Shown here in pieces: positions 1 to 13,345 of a DNA stretch of 64,000 nt. A program made the translations under genes and the position numbers. Where the stretch lies: NCBI GenBank assembly GCA_963514005.1, contig OY740795.1:682001-746000 (forward strand), read 5' to 3'. The DNA comes from Raja brachyura (Eukaryota). Position 1 is the first letter of the stretch; every line of letters begins with the position of its first letter. The notes below the pieces were generated by a model, which saw nothing but the letters and a program-made list of their open reading frames with translations, had not been told where the DNA came from and made no database searches.

Positions 1-570
1 TTGTTTCTATGTCTTCAAGACCCCCTCTCATCCTCCAGATTCAGTGAATACAAGCCCAATCTTTCTAATCTTTCCTCTTATGAGTCCCGCCATACAGTGG
101 GTTGCCCTTGTGAACCTACGCTGCGCTCCCTCCATAGCAAGGATGTCCTTCCCCAAATTGGGAGATCAAAACTGCATACAATACTCCAGATGTTGTCTCA
201 CCAAGGTCCTGTACAACTGCAGAAGGACCTCTACTCCTATGCGCAAATCCTCCCGTTATGAAGGCCAACATGCTATTAGCTTTCTTAACAACCTGGTGTA
301 CCTGAGTGTTAAAGAAGGAACTGCAGATGCTGGAGAATCGAGGGTTACACAAAAAGCTGGAGAAACTCAGCGGGTGCAGCAGCATCTAAGGAGCGAAGGA
401 GATAGGCGACGTTTCGGGTCGAGACCCTTCTTCAGACCCTTCTTCAGATGCTGCTGCACCCGCTGAGTTTCTCCAGCTTTTTGTGTAACCCTGGTGTACC
501 TGAGTATTCACTTTCACTGACTGGTGCAAAAGGATACCCAAGTCTCGTCGCACATCCCCTTTTCCCCAAT
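1..570 (-). mobile_element. Degenerate CR1-type LINE RT 3' fragment, interrupted by a Penelope-like insert at 308-489
   Basis: Minus-strand peptide VVKKANSMLAFI and sequence matching the LEYC-QFW region of the CR1 ORF2s elsewhere in the window; 16-bp duplication cctggtgtacctgagt at 292-307 and 490-505. Confidence 0.8.
308..489 (-). mobile_element. Penelope-like element terminal (pLTR) fragment with inverted duplication and hammerhead-like core
   Basis: 46-bp perfect inverted repeat (342-387 vs 446-491), flanking 16-bp TSD, and minus-strand CTGAAGA-AGGGTCTCGACCC-GAAACGTC at 408-435. Confidence 0.65.
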
Positions 571-2127
571 CTGACGACGGCGGAGGACTGAAAGGGTGAA
601 CAAAGAAGAAGCTGACTGAAAAGTATTGCCTTACCTCACAATGGGAAACGTTGATTCCGCTGTGTGGGGATATTCGTGTTAAACTATAACGTGCATTGTG
701 CTCTATTTTATTCATATGGCTGTTTGGTAACTCAAAGCGCAATGTGCCAATTGGTGTATGTGAAAATAAATGTCAGTGGAACTTGAACGTAATTTCAACT
801 GTTTCTGCCTTCAAGGGACCTGCATTTTCCTTTACTAATCTTTTTCTCTTAACATACCAAAATAAGCTTTTACTGCCCTTTATGTTCCTGGCGAGCTTAC
901 CTTCGTACATGCTTACTCAACACTGCCTGCTCCTTCACCTATTTTTGACATCGTCCGCGATATCGTCCACAAAGCCATCAATTCCATCATCCAGATCGTA
1001 AACATACAACGGGAAAAGTAGTGGACCCAACATTAACCCATTAGTCAAAGGCAGCAACGTGTATTCCAATATTTTGGCCCTGCAACGGACAGCCTATCCT
1101 CTATCCTCACTGACACCTTATCTCTAACACCAATACTCCAATCGTAATTGACCGCTTCGCGTCCTGCCCCGTTGAATATAAATCAGAAAATTTAAGTAAG
1201 CAGCATTTCTGACTTTCATTTGTCCATTCTGCTTGTTCCGTTACAAAGAATGTCAACAGAGTTGTCAGGCAATAGCCCCCCCCCCCCTTTGCTGACTTCG
1301 CTTATTTTAGCATTTGCCTGAAAGTAACTGGAATCTCATTTTTACTAATGGTCTCTAAAATCTTACCAACTATTGAAGTCATGCTAACCGCCTAATCATT
1401 ACAACTGGCTTATAAATTTCCCCATACAATTCATGGGATTGATCCACGCCCGCTGCGTGTGAAAGCCTGGGAATCAATCTCTTTCTCACTTCCAGGAAAC
1501 AGGGAGGTTGGCAGGATAGTAGATTGGCTGCGAGTGAAGCTGGACCACCTGTAAACATTCCACAAACTGAAATCAAACGACAGCTGCCAGAACTGTTGAA
1601 ACGGTTCTCGGGAGGGGTAAATATGAACCGCAAGCACAAAAAGCGGGCGACCAAGATTGAAAACTAAAACTGTTCAATTAAATAAAAGTAAAACGCAGAA
1701 GGACGTAGCCCAGTAAAAATAAAAATGAATAAAAATTGGGTTTGCAAGGCGAAATAGTTCAACCAACATTGAATAGCGGAATAGGCTTGATGGATCGAAT
1801 ATCTAAATTATACTCCTATCACATGACCTTATTACCTATGCCTTACATTCCACCCCATCACTGTTGAAACTTAATCATATCCAGCAAGGGATACACTTCA
1901 GTCAAACTGTGGGGAGAATGACTAGTTCTATTGTTTTAACGCGAAGAACCAATTGCAAAATTTCAGAGAACCGAGTAAGGTAATTTGGCTCATTCACCGG
2001 ATCCATACTCTCTGAATCTGCTCCACTATTATTCCGTGCTCGCTTTGACTGTTCCGACAGGCTGGGATGTTTCCAATGTTTCATAATCAGAGTTTGACCT
2101 CGCGAATATTCGTCAGTGATTTTCACC

Positions 2128-2460
2128 ACGGTGGCGCAAAGGTAGAGCTGCTGCCCAACAGCGCTGTTAGCACCAGCGACCCGAGTTCGATCCCGACTCC
2201 GGGTGATGTCTTCCGGAGTTTATATTTTCTCCCCATAATCTGCGTGGGTTTTCTCCGAGATCTGGGATTTCTTCCCACACTCCAAATACGTACAGTTTTG
2301 AACGGTAATTGGCTTTCTATAAATGTAACTTATCCATCGTGTGTGTGGGATAGTGTTAATGTGCGGGGATTGCAGGGCGGCGCGGACGGTGCGGAGAACG
2401 GGCCCGTTTCCGCGCTGTGTCTCTAAATTAAACTGAACTAAACTGAACGAAACTAAACAA
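2128..2460 (+). mobile_element. tRNA-derived SINE (HE1-like)
   Basis: A-box-like ggtggcgcaaaggtagag, B-box-like gagttcgatccc, (aactaa/aactga)n tail; paralog at 39260-39600. Confidence 0.75.
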
Positions 2461-2630
2461 AATTCAAACACAACACGTCGCAGGAACAATAAAACGATTC
2501 ATAAATAACGTTTCCATACATTTTGCAAACATGTGATGAACTAAATGAGACGGTAACCACTTTCTGCGCATCTCACAGTCACCAACAGTCAATGTTAAAA
2601 CATTAACAATTGCCCTGTTATTTTCTGAAG

Positions 2631-2936
2631 ATTCCATTTCCGCGGGTTCCCAGAGCCCGCCTCAACAATCCTCTCTTTCTGGTGACGCTGTCACTCTTAA
2701 CTGCGCATATTCCGGATTCTGCTCATACACAGTACACTGGTACCGACAGTTCCCAGGGCAGGGACTGCAATTCCTGAAACAAAGACACACTTCAGGAAAG
2801 CAAGATAAGGAAGAGGCTGCCGAAGGCCGTATTACTGGTTCTCTCGATCCTGGCCAGAAAATCAGTCAGTTGACGCTATCTGTAGTACTGCCGAGCGATT
2901 AGGCTGTGTGTTGCTGGGGGATTAGTCCGCGCATCC
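2631..2936 (+). pseudogene. Leaderless supporting TCR-delta V segment pseudogene (NAR-TCR-supporting V)
   Basis: Acceptor ttttctgaag at 2630; reads SISAGSQSPPQQSSLSGDAVTLNCAYSGFCSYTVHWYRQFPGQGLQFLKQRHTSG...LPSD*AVCCWGISPRI; in-frame TAG at 2900-2902 and YYC changed to CCW; followed by an RSS. Confidence 0.9.
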
Positions 2937-2975
2937 CACAGTCACACAGCGCAGTGAGATAGCTGTACCAAATCC
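2937..2975 (+). promoter_or_regulatory. 23-RSS (degenerate) of the supporting V pseudogene
   Basis: Heptamer cacagtc, 23-bp spacer, nonamer accaaatcc. Confidence 0.85.
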
Positions 2976-3061
2976 TCCGGGACAGCACAGCAGAACAGGG
3001 AAGGAAAGAAAGAGAAAGATTACAAAGATACATTATGTTCAAACTTTCAGAAGCACAATTA

Positions 3062-3265
3062 NNNNNNNNNNNNNNNNNNNNNNNNNNNNNNNNNNNNNNN
3101 NNNNNNNNNNNNNNNNNNNNNNNNNNNNNNNNNNNNNNNNNNNNNNNNNNNNNNNNNNNNNNNNNNNNNNNNNNNNNNNNNNNNNNNNNNNNNNNNNNNN
3201 NNNNNNNNNNNNNNNNNNNNNNNNNNNNNNNNNNNNNNNNNNNNNNNNNNNNNNNNNNNNNNNNN
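3062..3265. other. Assembly gap (N run)
   Basis: Run of N. Confidence 1.
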
Positions 3266-3699
3266 GGATAATAGGCGGAAATGGAGCTGAAGTTGAAAAT
3301 CGGCCTTGGCGTAAAATATCTGAGTAGACGTCAGCGGCTAGGTAAACATCAGCCGCCGATTTTTATTCTCCCCGTTTTTCATACGCACGACCACAACACA
3401 AATACGCACAGACTAAAACTCTTTAAAAATCTCATTCATCTACTGTTGCCAATTTGTGTCAGTATACTTTACGAAGCAGCAAGAAACGTAACAGTATAAA
3501 GACTGATGGACTGCCCACTATTTATGTGCTGGTGGGGGTGCACAAGATGCAGAAGATGGGAGCTGCTCAGTTCCGCAATGGAGAAAACAAATCTCCCCCT
3601 TCCCGGAATGGAAATCGAATCCGGACCACTGGACCATGAGGGAAACTGGCTTAATTATTGTGCCTTAATGAACTTATTCTGTCCACGGAGGAGGCTCAG

Positions 3700-3950
3700 A
3701 GCAGAGTGAGGCAAATTGGCACCTCACATTTCGCTTGGGTAGTTTTCACCCCTGCGTTATGAACATTGACTACTCTAATTTCAGGCAATCCTTGCTTTCT
3801 CCCTGCATCCCCTCCCCTTCCCAGCGCCCCCATAGCCCATTGTCTCCGCCTCTTCCATTCTTCTGCCCGCCACCTCCCTCCTACATACCCACATCAGTCT
3901 GCAGAAGGGTCTCGACCCGAAACGTAACCTATTTCTTCTCTCCATAGATC
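3700..3950 (+). mobile_element. Penelope-like element 3' fragment
   Basis: HLTFRLGSFHPCVMNIDYSNF resembles a PLE ORF C-terminus, followed by ctgcagaagggtctcgacccgaaacgt; paralog at 42160-42400. Confidence 0.6.
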
Positions 3951-4059
3951 ACCAGTCGCCAGGCTCCACCCCCCCCAACTCCCCTGGACCTTCATATAGT
4001 CACCCACCCCCCCCCCCCCCCAGGACTTCCCAGAAAACTCCCAGGACTTCCCAGAAAAC

Positions 4060-4640
4060 TCTACCGTAAACCAAACCGGCCGGGTATTTGCCACTCCAGA
4101 GTCAACTCATCCAATGAAAAGTGGTCATCAAGGTGTGCAAACATCTCACTATCCACAGTCAATAGACCCTCCCACAGGATCAGCTGAGCCTTCCCGCTGA
4201 ATCCATCTGCGGAGAACAGAGACCCATAAAATGACCGAACTAAAGCACTGATCTTCTCTGGATCCGTAGAAATCATCCTCGAGCAGCTCCAGAAAGAGAA
4301 ATAAAGGCGATGCACGGTCTAGATCGTGCAGCATCTGGACCCGCGACCTCACGTAAGCATCTCGGGACCGCTCAAACTGCAGGTCCCTCCGTGCTTCCTT
4401 CCTTTCATGATACTCACAGGAGTCCTCACCAATCCGACCCAAGCGGGACTCTGCGTCGAGTAATTATCTGCTCCCCGCCTTCTGGTCGAACCCGACGTGA
4501 ACTCCTGACAAAAGGATGTAAGCATTTCTCACATCCCACCACTGCCTAAAAGAAGCCATACCCCTCCGCCTCTCTTCACTTCACCGAAAACCGACTGAAT
4601 AGCCCCTGGAATCGACTGTCCTCCAGGAGCTGATTATTAA
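4060..4640 (-). mobile_element. Tx1/L1-clade LINE ORF2 fragment (degenerate)
   Basis: AYVRSRVQMLHDLDRASPLF and TDPEKISALVRSFYGSLFS resemble the EN-RT linker of Tx1-like LINEs; paralog at 42480-43300. Confidence 0.6.
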
Positions 4641-5512
4641 AGTGCCAGCTGGTGTGCGCGCTAGGATACACTTGTTACAGTGCCGACAAGCTCGGACACT
4701 GTATTTTCACTTGTACTAGTTTTTTTTTTAAATTATTATCACATTCAGTCATATGTGTGTTTTTTTTAATTCAAGGACAATCGCAAAGAGAATCTACTAA
4801 TTGAATTTTGTAGGGTAAATAATCCCCCTATATCTATGTATGCAAGGCCCACATGTATTAAATCTATTGAAAATGCAAGACGATAACCAAAATAAGCTGG
4901 GAGGAATCTAATTTGGTAGTTGGAACGTTAGGGGTGTTAACGAACGCATTAAAAGGGTTAATATTGTAGCTTAACTGAAAGCATACAACATAGATATTGC
5001 TTTCTCACAAGAAACGCATCATAAACTTCAAGATCAAGCTAGATTGAGGACGAACTGGATAGAACAAACTTTTCACTCATCATACACGTCGAAATCTAGA
5101 GGAACGTCTATTATTATTCGCAAAGGCATTCCATTTAAACCCAAAACTACCTTAACAGATAAGGACGGGAGATATTTGATAGTTGCCGGGGAGTTCCATG
5201 CTGCCCCAATTACCTTTGTGAACATATATGCGCCCAATTTTGACAACCCGCATTTTTTCAATAAAATATTGAATATAATTGCAATATATAACTACCAGAA
5301 AGCCATAATCGGCGGAGACGTTAACTGTGTTTTAGACCCTTACTTAGATGAATCCAAACAAAAACAGAGAGTTATTACGAATTCAAAAACTAGCGAACTT
5401 CTAAATACATATATAAAACACACAAACATAACAGATATATGGAGGATTGCAAATCCGACCGGCAGGGATTACTCGTTCTGTCCAATGGTACACAAGACAT
5501 ATTCACGTATAG

Positions 5513-5602
5513 CTGAAGAAGGGTCTCGACCCGAAACGTCGCCTATCTCCTTCGCTCCTTAGATGCTGCTGCACCCGCTGATTTTCTCCAGCTTTTTGTG
5601 TA
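5513..5602 (+). mobile_element. Penelope-like terminal fragment starting at a hammerhead-like core
   Basis: 12-bp TSD attcacgtatag (5501-5512 and 5603-5614); the insert begins ctgaagaagggtctcgacccgaaacgtc. Confidence 0.7.
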
Positions 5603-5985
5603 ATTCACGTATAGATTATTTCCTGGTGGATACAAAACTAATACCCCACACTTCTAAATCAAAATTCCACACACATACGATTTCAGATCAGTCCCCAATA
5701 ACTTTTTTTCTAAAAATGGAAGGAATGATTAAGAACAAACCGTTTTGGAGGGACTATCCTCACTTTTTAATAGACCCGCAACGGAGTACATATTCAAAAC
5801 AGCAAATTGACCATTTTTCGAAATAAACGATACGCCAAACATATCACCTACACTATTATGGAAATATTTTAAAGCATACATTCGAGGCGTTATAATTTCA
5901 TACCAAGCTTTTCAAAATAAAGAAAATAAGAACGAACAAAGACAGTTAGATGAACAACTTAGACAACTGGACATAGAAAACTCTA

Positions 5986-8652
5986 AACATAGAACATAGA
6001 AATATAGAAATTAGGTGCGGGAGTAGGCCATTCGGCCCTTCGAGCATGCACCGCCATTCATCATGATCATGGCTGATCATCCAACTCAGTATCCCGTACC
6101 TGCCTTCTCTCCATACCCTCTGATCCCCTTAGACACAAGGGCCACATCTAACTCCGTATTAAATATAGCCAATGAACTGGCCTCAACTACCCTCTGTGGC
6201 AGAGAGTTCCAGAGACCCACCACTCTCTGTGTGAAAACATTCCTTTTCATCTCGGTCCAAAAGGATTTTCCCCTTATACTTAAGCTGTGACCCCTTGTCC
6301 TGGACCTCCCCAACATCGGGAACAATCTTCCTGCATCTAGCCTGTTCAACCCCTTAAGAATCTTGTAAGTTTCTATAAGGTCCCCTCTCAATCGCCTAAA
6401 TTCTAGAGAGTATAAACCGAGTCTATGCAGTCTTTGTTCATAAGACAGTCCTGATATCCCAGGAATCAGTCTGGTGAACCTTCGCTGCACTCCCTCTATG
6501 ACAATAATGTCCTTCCTCAGATTTGGAGACCAGAACTGTACGCAATACTCTAGGTGTGGCCTCACCAAGACCCTATACAACTGAAGTAGAACCTCCCTGC
6601 TCCTATACTCAAATCCTTTTGCTATGAAAGCTAACATACCATTGGCTTTCTTCACTGCCTGCTGAACCTGCATGCCTACTTTCAATGACTGGTGTACCAT
6701 GACACCCAGGTCGCGCTGCATCTCTCCTTTTCCTAATCGGCCACCATTTAGATAGTAGTCGGTTTTCCTATTTTTGCCACCAAAGTGGATAACCTCACAT
6801 TTATCCACATTATACTGCATCTGCCAAACATTTGCCCACTCACCCACCCTATCCAAGTCACCTTGCATTCTCCTAGCATCCTCCTTACAGCTAACACTGC
6901 CCCCCAGCTTAGTGTAATCCGCAAACTTGGAGATATTGCCTTCAATTCCCTCATCCAGATCATTTATGTATATTGTAAATAGCTGGGGTCCCAGCACTGA
7001 GCCTTGCGGTACCCCACTAGTAACTGCCTGCCATTGTGAAACGACCCGTTAACTCCTAATCTTTGCTTCCTGTTTGCCAGCCAGTTCTCTATCCACATCA
7101 ATACTGAACCCCCAATGCCATATGCTTTAAGTTTATATACTAATCGCTTATGTGGGACTTTATCGAAAGTCTTCTGGAAGTCCAGATACACCACATTCAC
7201 TAGTTCTCCCCATCCACGCTACTAGTTACATCCTCGAAACATTCCACAAGATTCGTCAGACATGATTTACCTTTCGTAAATCCATGCTGACTTTGTCCAA
7301 TGATTTCACCACTTTCCAAATGTGCTGTTATCACATCTTCAATAACTGACACTAGCAGTTTCCCCACTACCGATGTTAGACTAACTGGTCTGTAATTCCC
7401 CGTTTTCTCTCTCCCCCACCTTCTTAAAAAGAGGGGTTACGTTTGCTACCCGCCAATCCTCAGGAACTACTCCAGAATCTAAAGAGTTTTGAAAGATTAT
7501 CACTAATGCATCCACTATTTCTGGAGCTACTTCCTTAAGTACTCTGGGATGCAGCCTATCTGGCCCTGGAGATTTATCGGCGTTTAATCCATTCAATTTA
7601 CCCAACACCACTTCCCGACTAACCTGGATTTCAGTCAAGTACTCCTTTGACCTGCGGTCCCCTGCTATTTCCGGCAGATTATTTATGTCTTCCTTAGTGA
7701 AGACGGAACCAAAGTAGTTATTCAATTGGTCCGCCATATCCTTGTTCCCCATGATCAACTCACCTGTTTCTGACTGCAAGGGACCTACATTTGTTTTAAC
7801 TAATCTATTTCTCTTCACATATCTATAAAAACGTTTGCAGTCAGTTTTTATGTTCCCTGCCAGTTTTCTTTCATAAACTATTTTTCCTTTCCTAATCAAG
7901 CCCTTTGTCCTTCTCTGCTGGTCTCTGAATTTCTCCCAGTCCTCTGGTATGCTGCTTTTTCTGGCTACTTTGTACGCATCATCCTTTGCTTTGATACTAT
8001 CCCTGATTTCCCTTGTTATCCACGGATGCACTACCTTCCCTGATCTATTATTTTGCCAAATTGGGATGAACATTTTTTGTAGTTCATCCATGCAGTCTTT
8101 AAATGTCTTCGATTGCGTATCCACCGTCAATCCTTTTAGAATTGATTGCCAGTCAATCTTGGCCAATTCACGTCTCATACCCTCAAAGTTACCTTTCCTT
8201 AAGTTCAGAACCATTGTTTCTGAATTAACAATGTCACTCTCCATCCTAATGAAGAACTCGACCATATTATGGTCACTCTTGCCAAAGGGGGCACGCACAA
8301 TAAGACTGCTAACTAACCCTTCCTCATTACTCAATACTCAGTCTAAAATAGCCTGCTCTCTCGTTGGTTCCTCTACATGTTGATTTAGATAACTAGCCCT
8401 CATACTTTCCAAAAAATCCTCTTCCTCAGCGCCCCTGCCAATTTGATTCACCCAATCCATATGTAGTTTGAAGTCACCCATTATAACTGTTTTGCCTTTG
8501 TGGCACGCAGTTCTAATTTCCTGTTTTATACCATCCCCAACTTCACTACTACTGTTAGGTGGCCTGTACACAACTCCCACTAGCGTTTTCTGCCCCTTAG
8601 TGTTTCGCAGCTCTACCCATACCGATTCCACATACTCCAAGCTAATGTCCTT
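5986..8652 (-). mobile_element. 5'-truncated CR1 (HER1-like) LINE inserted in the old L1
   Basis: ORFs 8338-8640, 7381-8334 and 6086-6997 give APE (YRPP, GDF, SDH) and RT (QGSVLGP, FADY, LEYCVQFWSP) motifs; (ttctatgt)n 3' tail. Confidence 0.95.
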
Positions 8653-11600
8653 AAAGACCCCCTACGGCTAAACATAATAGAATAATAATACTGAAATTTA
8701 ATAAAATAAATTATTATCAGAGAAAGTCATAAGATTATTACAAATTACAAGGCAGGAACATTTTGAATTTGGGGATAAGCCCCATAAAATTCTGGCAGGT
8801 CAATTTAAAAAAAAAAACGACAAAAGGCTCACACGATTTCAAAGATTAAATCAGCCAAAGGGGAAGTATTGACCTTGCCAAGTGATATTACTAAAAGGTT
8901 TGCACAATTTTACGAGAATCTGTATACATCTAAAACGATAACGGACACCAACAAATTTACAGTTATGGGATAATTGTAACCTTCCTAAACTAGAGTTGCA
9001 GGAACAAGAGGAATTGTGGGCACAAATCTGAAATAAGGAAATAGAAGAAACAATGATCTCATTAAAAAAAATGGAAAAACACCAGGTCGCGACGGATTTA
9101 GTAATGAATTCTATAACAGTTTTAATGACATATTTACACCTCGCCTACAGAAAATGTATACTTATGCCTTCAAAGAACAAATACTACCTGAAACGGTAGC
9201 AGAATCCACGATCAAATTAATACTTAAGCATGATAAAAATGTGGAAGAACCTGGATTATATGGAGCCATTGCGTTGTTAAACACAGATCAAAAACTATTA
9301 GATAAAATACTAGCTAGAAGACTACGTAAATATGCTAGTAAATTAATACATCCGGTTCAAACAGGGTTTCGCCGTAAGAGACAATCATTTAATAATTTGA
9401 GACGTCTGTTCAATATAATGCATTCACACCAAACGGAAGATCAAAAACTATTAATCATATCGTCAGATGCAGAGAAAGCATTCCATCAGGTCGGATGGGA
9501 TTATATGGTCAGGGTATTGCAAGAATTTCAACTGGGAGAGAATTTAATTATATGGATTAAATTACTATATAATAAACCAACGGGCAGAATATTAACTAAC
9601 ATTCATTTATCTACGCAATTTCAATTGTCAATCGGTAATAGACAAGGATGTTCTCTATCACCGTTGTTATTTGCTCTCGTAATTGAACCCCTAGCGGAAA
9701 TAATTAGAACTGATCCGAATATCCATGGATATAAAACAAAATATTCCAACAATAAAATATCATTATACGCTGATGATGTACTATTGTACATCACAAAACC
9801 TCATATTACTATACCAAATATTTAAAACTTAATAGAGGACTTCCGATCATTTTCATGATATATAATAAATTGGAATAAAAGTGAAATCATGTCAATAAAA
9901 CCGAAAGACTCTACACATCATTTACAGTTTCCTTTCAAAATAGCTATGGAAATGTTTTAATACTTGGGTATCGAAATTACTAGAAGATATCAAGACATGT
10001 TTTACGCTAAATATAACCCTCTACTTAAGAAACTATGTAACTTGAATACATTTTGGAAAACGCTTCCGATGTCCTTCATATGCCGAATAAATGCCATAAA
10101 AACGATTTGTCGACCTCAAATCTTACACCTGTTCCAATCTATTCCAATATACTTATCCAAAAAGTTTTTTTAAAAACCGGACTTAGATATCACAAATTTT
10201 ATTTGGGATTATAAATCTCACAGAACACAAAGAACACATCTGAATAAACCCAAAGTAGTGGGGGGTTATGTATAACTTTATGTATTACTACTGGTCTGTA
10301 AACAGGATCCAATTGCTGGATAACTAATCCCAGCAACCGCATTTGACTATTATGGAGAGAGAGGATTGTCCCCCTTATAATATTGGAGCAATCCTTCTTT
10401 CACCAATGATGATGAATAATATAAATTACAACAAAAATCCAATTATATACAGTACAATTAGAATTTGGAAACAAATAAAACACAATTTAAGAAATCCATC
10501 TCTCGTATCTCCTATCGGTAAAAACCGTTCGTTTAAACCTTCAACTATAGATAAAGCATTTATACAGTGGGAAAGAGCCGGAATTAAAATCTTCGGAGAT
10601 TTGAATGAAATGGGCAAACTAGTATCATTTAAACAATTACAACTAAAATACAATTTGGGAAACAATCAGTATTTTAAATATTTCCAAATCTGTGACTATC
10701 TGAAAAAATACGCATAAGACGATCACAATATGCCTCCAGACTTACTGTAAGACGTAATGAATACAAAGGCAGAATCACCAAACCTACTATTATATATATA
10801 TAATATTATTCTAAGCGCAGAAATACCAACAACAGAAGGTATCAGTAGAGACTGGGAAACAGAATTAAGTATAAAAATTCCCAAACAAAGGTTGGAAGAA
10901 TATTTACTAAATGTGCATAAATGTTCAATTAATGTAAGACACCCCTTAATACAATTTAAAATCGTACACATATTATACTATTCAAAAAAAAACAAAAAAC
11001 TTTTCCCCAATGTCTCACCTATATGTGATAAATATCAATGTCAAGAAGCTAATATAGCACACTCATTTGTCTTTTGTACAAAAATTCCAAAATTTTCGAC
11101 TGAAATTTTTTTGAAATTTTCACAAAAGTATATAAAATAAAACTGACTCCAAAAGCAGATTGGATTATCTTTGGAACATCGGAAGATAGCCCTGAATTAA
11201 ATGTGTTTCAAAATACTCTATTTGAATACGGCTTAATAACTGGAAAAAAGCAAATCTTAAAATTCTGGAAAAATGCTCCTATACCAACAGTTAATATGTG
11301 GATTTCAGCTGTGTTCGAAACACTACATTTGGATGATATGAGACTCCGATTGGCAGGCAAATCAGACTGCGTCTATAAGACGTGGTCTGCTTTTATAACT
11401 CTATTACAAGGATAAGGTGCAAATATACCTCAACAAAGTATGGTGAAGGGGGAAGAAAAACTGTCGAGTTGGTAGACTCCTTTTGCGAGATGTTTATAAT
11501 AACGTAACTGGCTTTTCTTTTTTCCTTCTCTTTCTTTCCTTTTTTTCTCCTCTTCAGGGTCTATCTTTTAATCTACTTTCTCTAACTCTTCGTTCAAGGG

Positions 11601-12202
11601 TTCCCTTTCCCTCTGCCACGCATTTTCACGTTCACAACTCTTTTTCACTCTTCTGCTTTCTCTGTTGATATTTCTTTCTCTTTTCCTTATTTTCTATTCC
11701 TTATTTTCTCATTGTACCCCTTAAAAAGTTAAGGGGTACAATGACTGTAATACTATATATGGGATGTACACTGATGTAACTTACGGTACCTCTAATAAAT
11801 AAAGATACATACAATATATTTTCACCTATATTTAGCTGGCAAGAAGCTTCCAAATTTGTTTCACGAAAGATCAGCAAGTTTTAAAAATCCCACATAGTAA
11901 GGCTTTGTGTGGTTGATCGGGAGAATCATCAATATATTTATGGGACATGCAATATACTTTCAATGGGGACAACAGCGGTGAAGGTAAGAGTTTACCAACG
12001 GAATTCAAGTTATTTCACTTCCGGTGGCGCCATGTTCTAGGGGAGAACAGCGCCAGATCAGCTCCGTAAAAATCGGTTAAAAAAACGGGGTTAAAGGAGG
12101 GTGCTAACGCTACTTACCGCAGGAGATCGATTTAAAACGGCTCCGGTGCGATTGAAGGCTGCGTGACGTCATCAGGCGCGCGACTTCGGTAAGAAATTTA
12201 AA

Positions 12203-13345
12203 ATGCAACCCTCCTCCCCTCCCCTGAAGAAAACGGGCCTTAGAAGAGAGGCTGGTGCCACCAAAGCCTCGGGCTCGAGTCTGACTGCCTCCCAAGAAGA
12301 AATCTCACAGAGGAAAGTGGAAATGGAAGAATTTAAAAATTCCTTGATGGGTGAGATGAAAAAACTGGTGAAAGAAATAAAAGACCTGAAGAAGAAATAT
12401 AAAGATGAATTTAAAGACATGAAGAAAGAATATAAGGATGAAATAAAAACTCTTAAAGCGGAGATTCTGGTGTCTCATGAGAAAACTAAAGTGGAATTAA
12501 CAAAAGAAGTTACCGAGATGGTAAAGAATATAATGAACGAATGGAAAAGAAAGGCGGATGCTGAATTTCAAAACCGAATCTCTGAGGTAAACGACAAGGT
12601 TGCTGGGCTGGAACAAATGCTGAATGATAAGATAGATCCTATTGTCATCACACTCGACCAACAAAATGACGCAATTAAAGATTTGGCTGATTTTGCTGTA
12701 AAAAGTGCCAAGGAAACTGAGAAGTTACTTGCCGAGAATAAACGCCTTTCAGAACTACTCCACAAAATAAATGAGAAATGTATTGATTTGGAAGGTCGAC
12801 AAAGACGTAAGAATTTGCGAATAGTAGGATTGCCCGAGGGTCGGGAAGGAAATCAGGACCCGCGGAAATTTGCTGCAAAACTCCTAAAGGACATTCTGGA
12901 TCTGGACCAAGAACCACTGTTGGGCCGTGCCCACAGGGCTTTAAGACGGGCCCCTGGGAGTGGTGCACCACCAAGACAAATGATTATAAAGGTGGCTTAT
13001 GATCACGAGTTTGAAGAAATGATGAAGATAATAATAAGAAAGAGGAATCTGAAATATGAAGGAGTTAATATCAGTATCTTCAGAGATTACCCGGCTGAAG
13101 TGGCTAAGAGAAGATCTTTATTCTCAGAAACAAGAGGTATTCTTCGGAATATAAAGGATGGAAAGGATCTCAGATATGGTTTGATGTACCCAGCAACATT
13201 GAGGGTGACCTACGACAACAAGGAATTCCGTTTTGTTAAGCATACCAAAGCACTGGAATTCGACCGAGGCATACAGAAGAAGGCAGAAGAGGAAGCAGAA
13301 GAAGAAGTAAGCGCTGAAGAAGAAGAAGAAGAAGAAGAAGAATGA
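12203..13345 (+). CDS. L1 ORF1p (coiled coil, RRM, CTD; acidic tail)
   Basis: 380-aa open ORF with LEGRQRRKNLRIVGLPEG, RAHR, FRDYPAEVAKRR and YPATLRV motifs typical of L1 ORF1. Confidence 0.9.
   Translation: MQPSSPPLKKTGLRREAGATKASGSSLTASQEEISQRKVEMEEFKNSLMGEMKKLVKEIKDLKKKYKDEFKDMKKEYKDEIKTLKAEILVSHEKTKVELTKEVTEMVKNIMNEWKRKADAEFQNRISEVNDKVAGLEQMLNDKIDPIVITLDQQNDAIKDLADFAVKSAKETEKLLAENKRLSELLHKINEKCIDLEGRQRRKNLRIVGLPEGREGNQDPRKFAAKLLKDILDLDQEPLLGRAHRALRRAPGSGAPPRQMIIKVAYDHEFEEMMKIIIRKRNLKYEGVNISIFRDYPAEVAKRRSLFSETRGILRNIKDGKDLRYGLMYPATLRVTYDNKEFRFVKHTKALEFDRGIQKKAEEEAEEEVSAEEEEEEEEE

Larger units (their letters stand above)
4873..11803 (+). mobile_element. Old L1-clade LINE ORF2 (degenerate), interrupted by a PLE fragment and a CR1
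   Basis: APE motifs NIYAPN, IGGDVN and YSRIDYF; RT motifs DAEKAF, RQGCSLSP and YADD; C-terminal cysteine-rich region; many stops and frameshifts; aataaa near 11795. Confidence 0.9.

Noticed and set aside
1379-1654. Short ORFs conserved between units (1379-1654 and 38324-38628)
   Set aside because: Frames are not preserved between copies and no recognisable domain is present; probably an unclassified repeat carried by the duplication.
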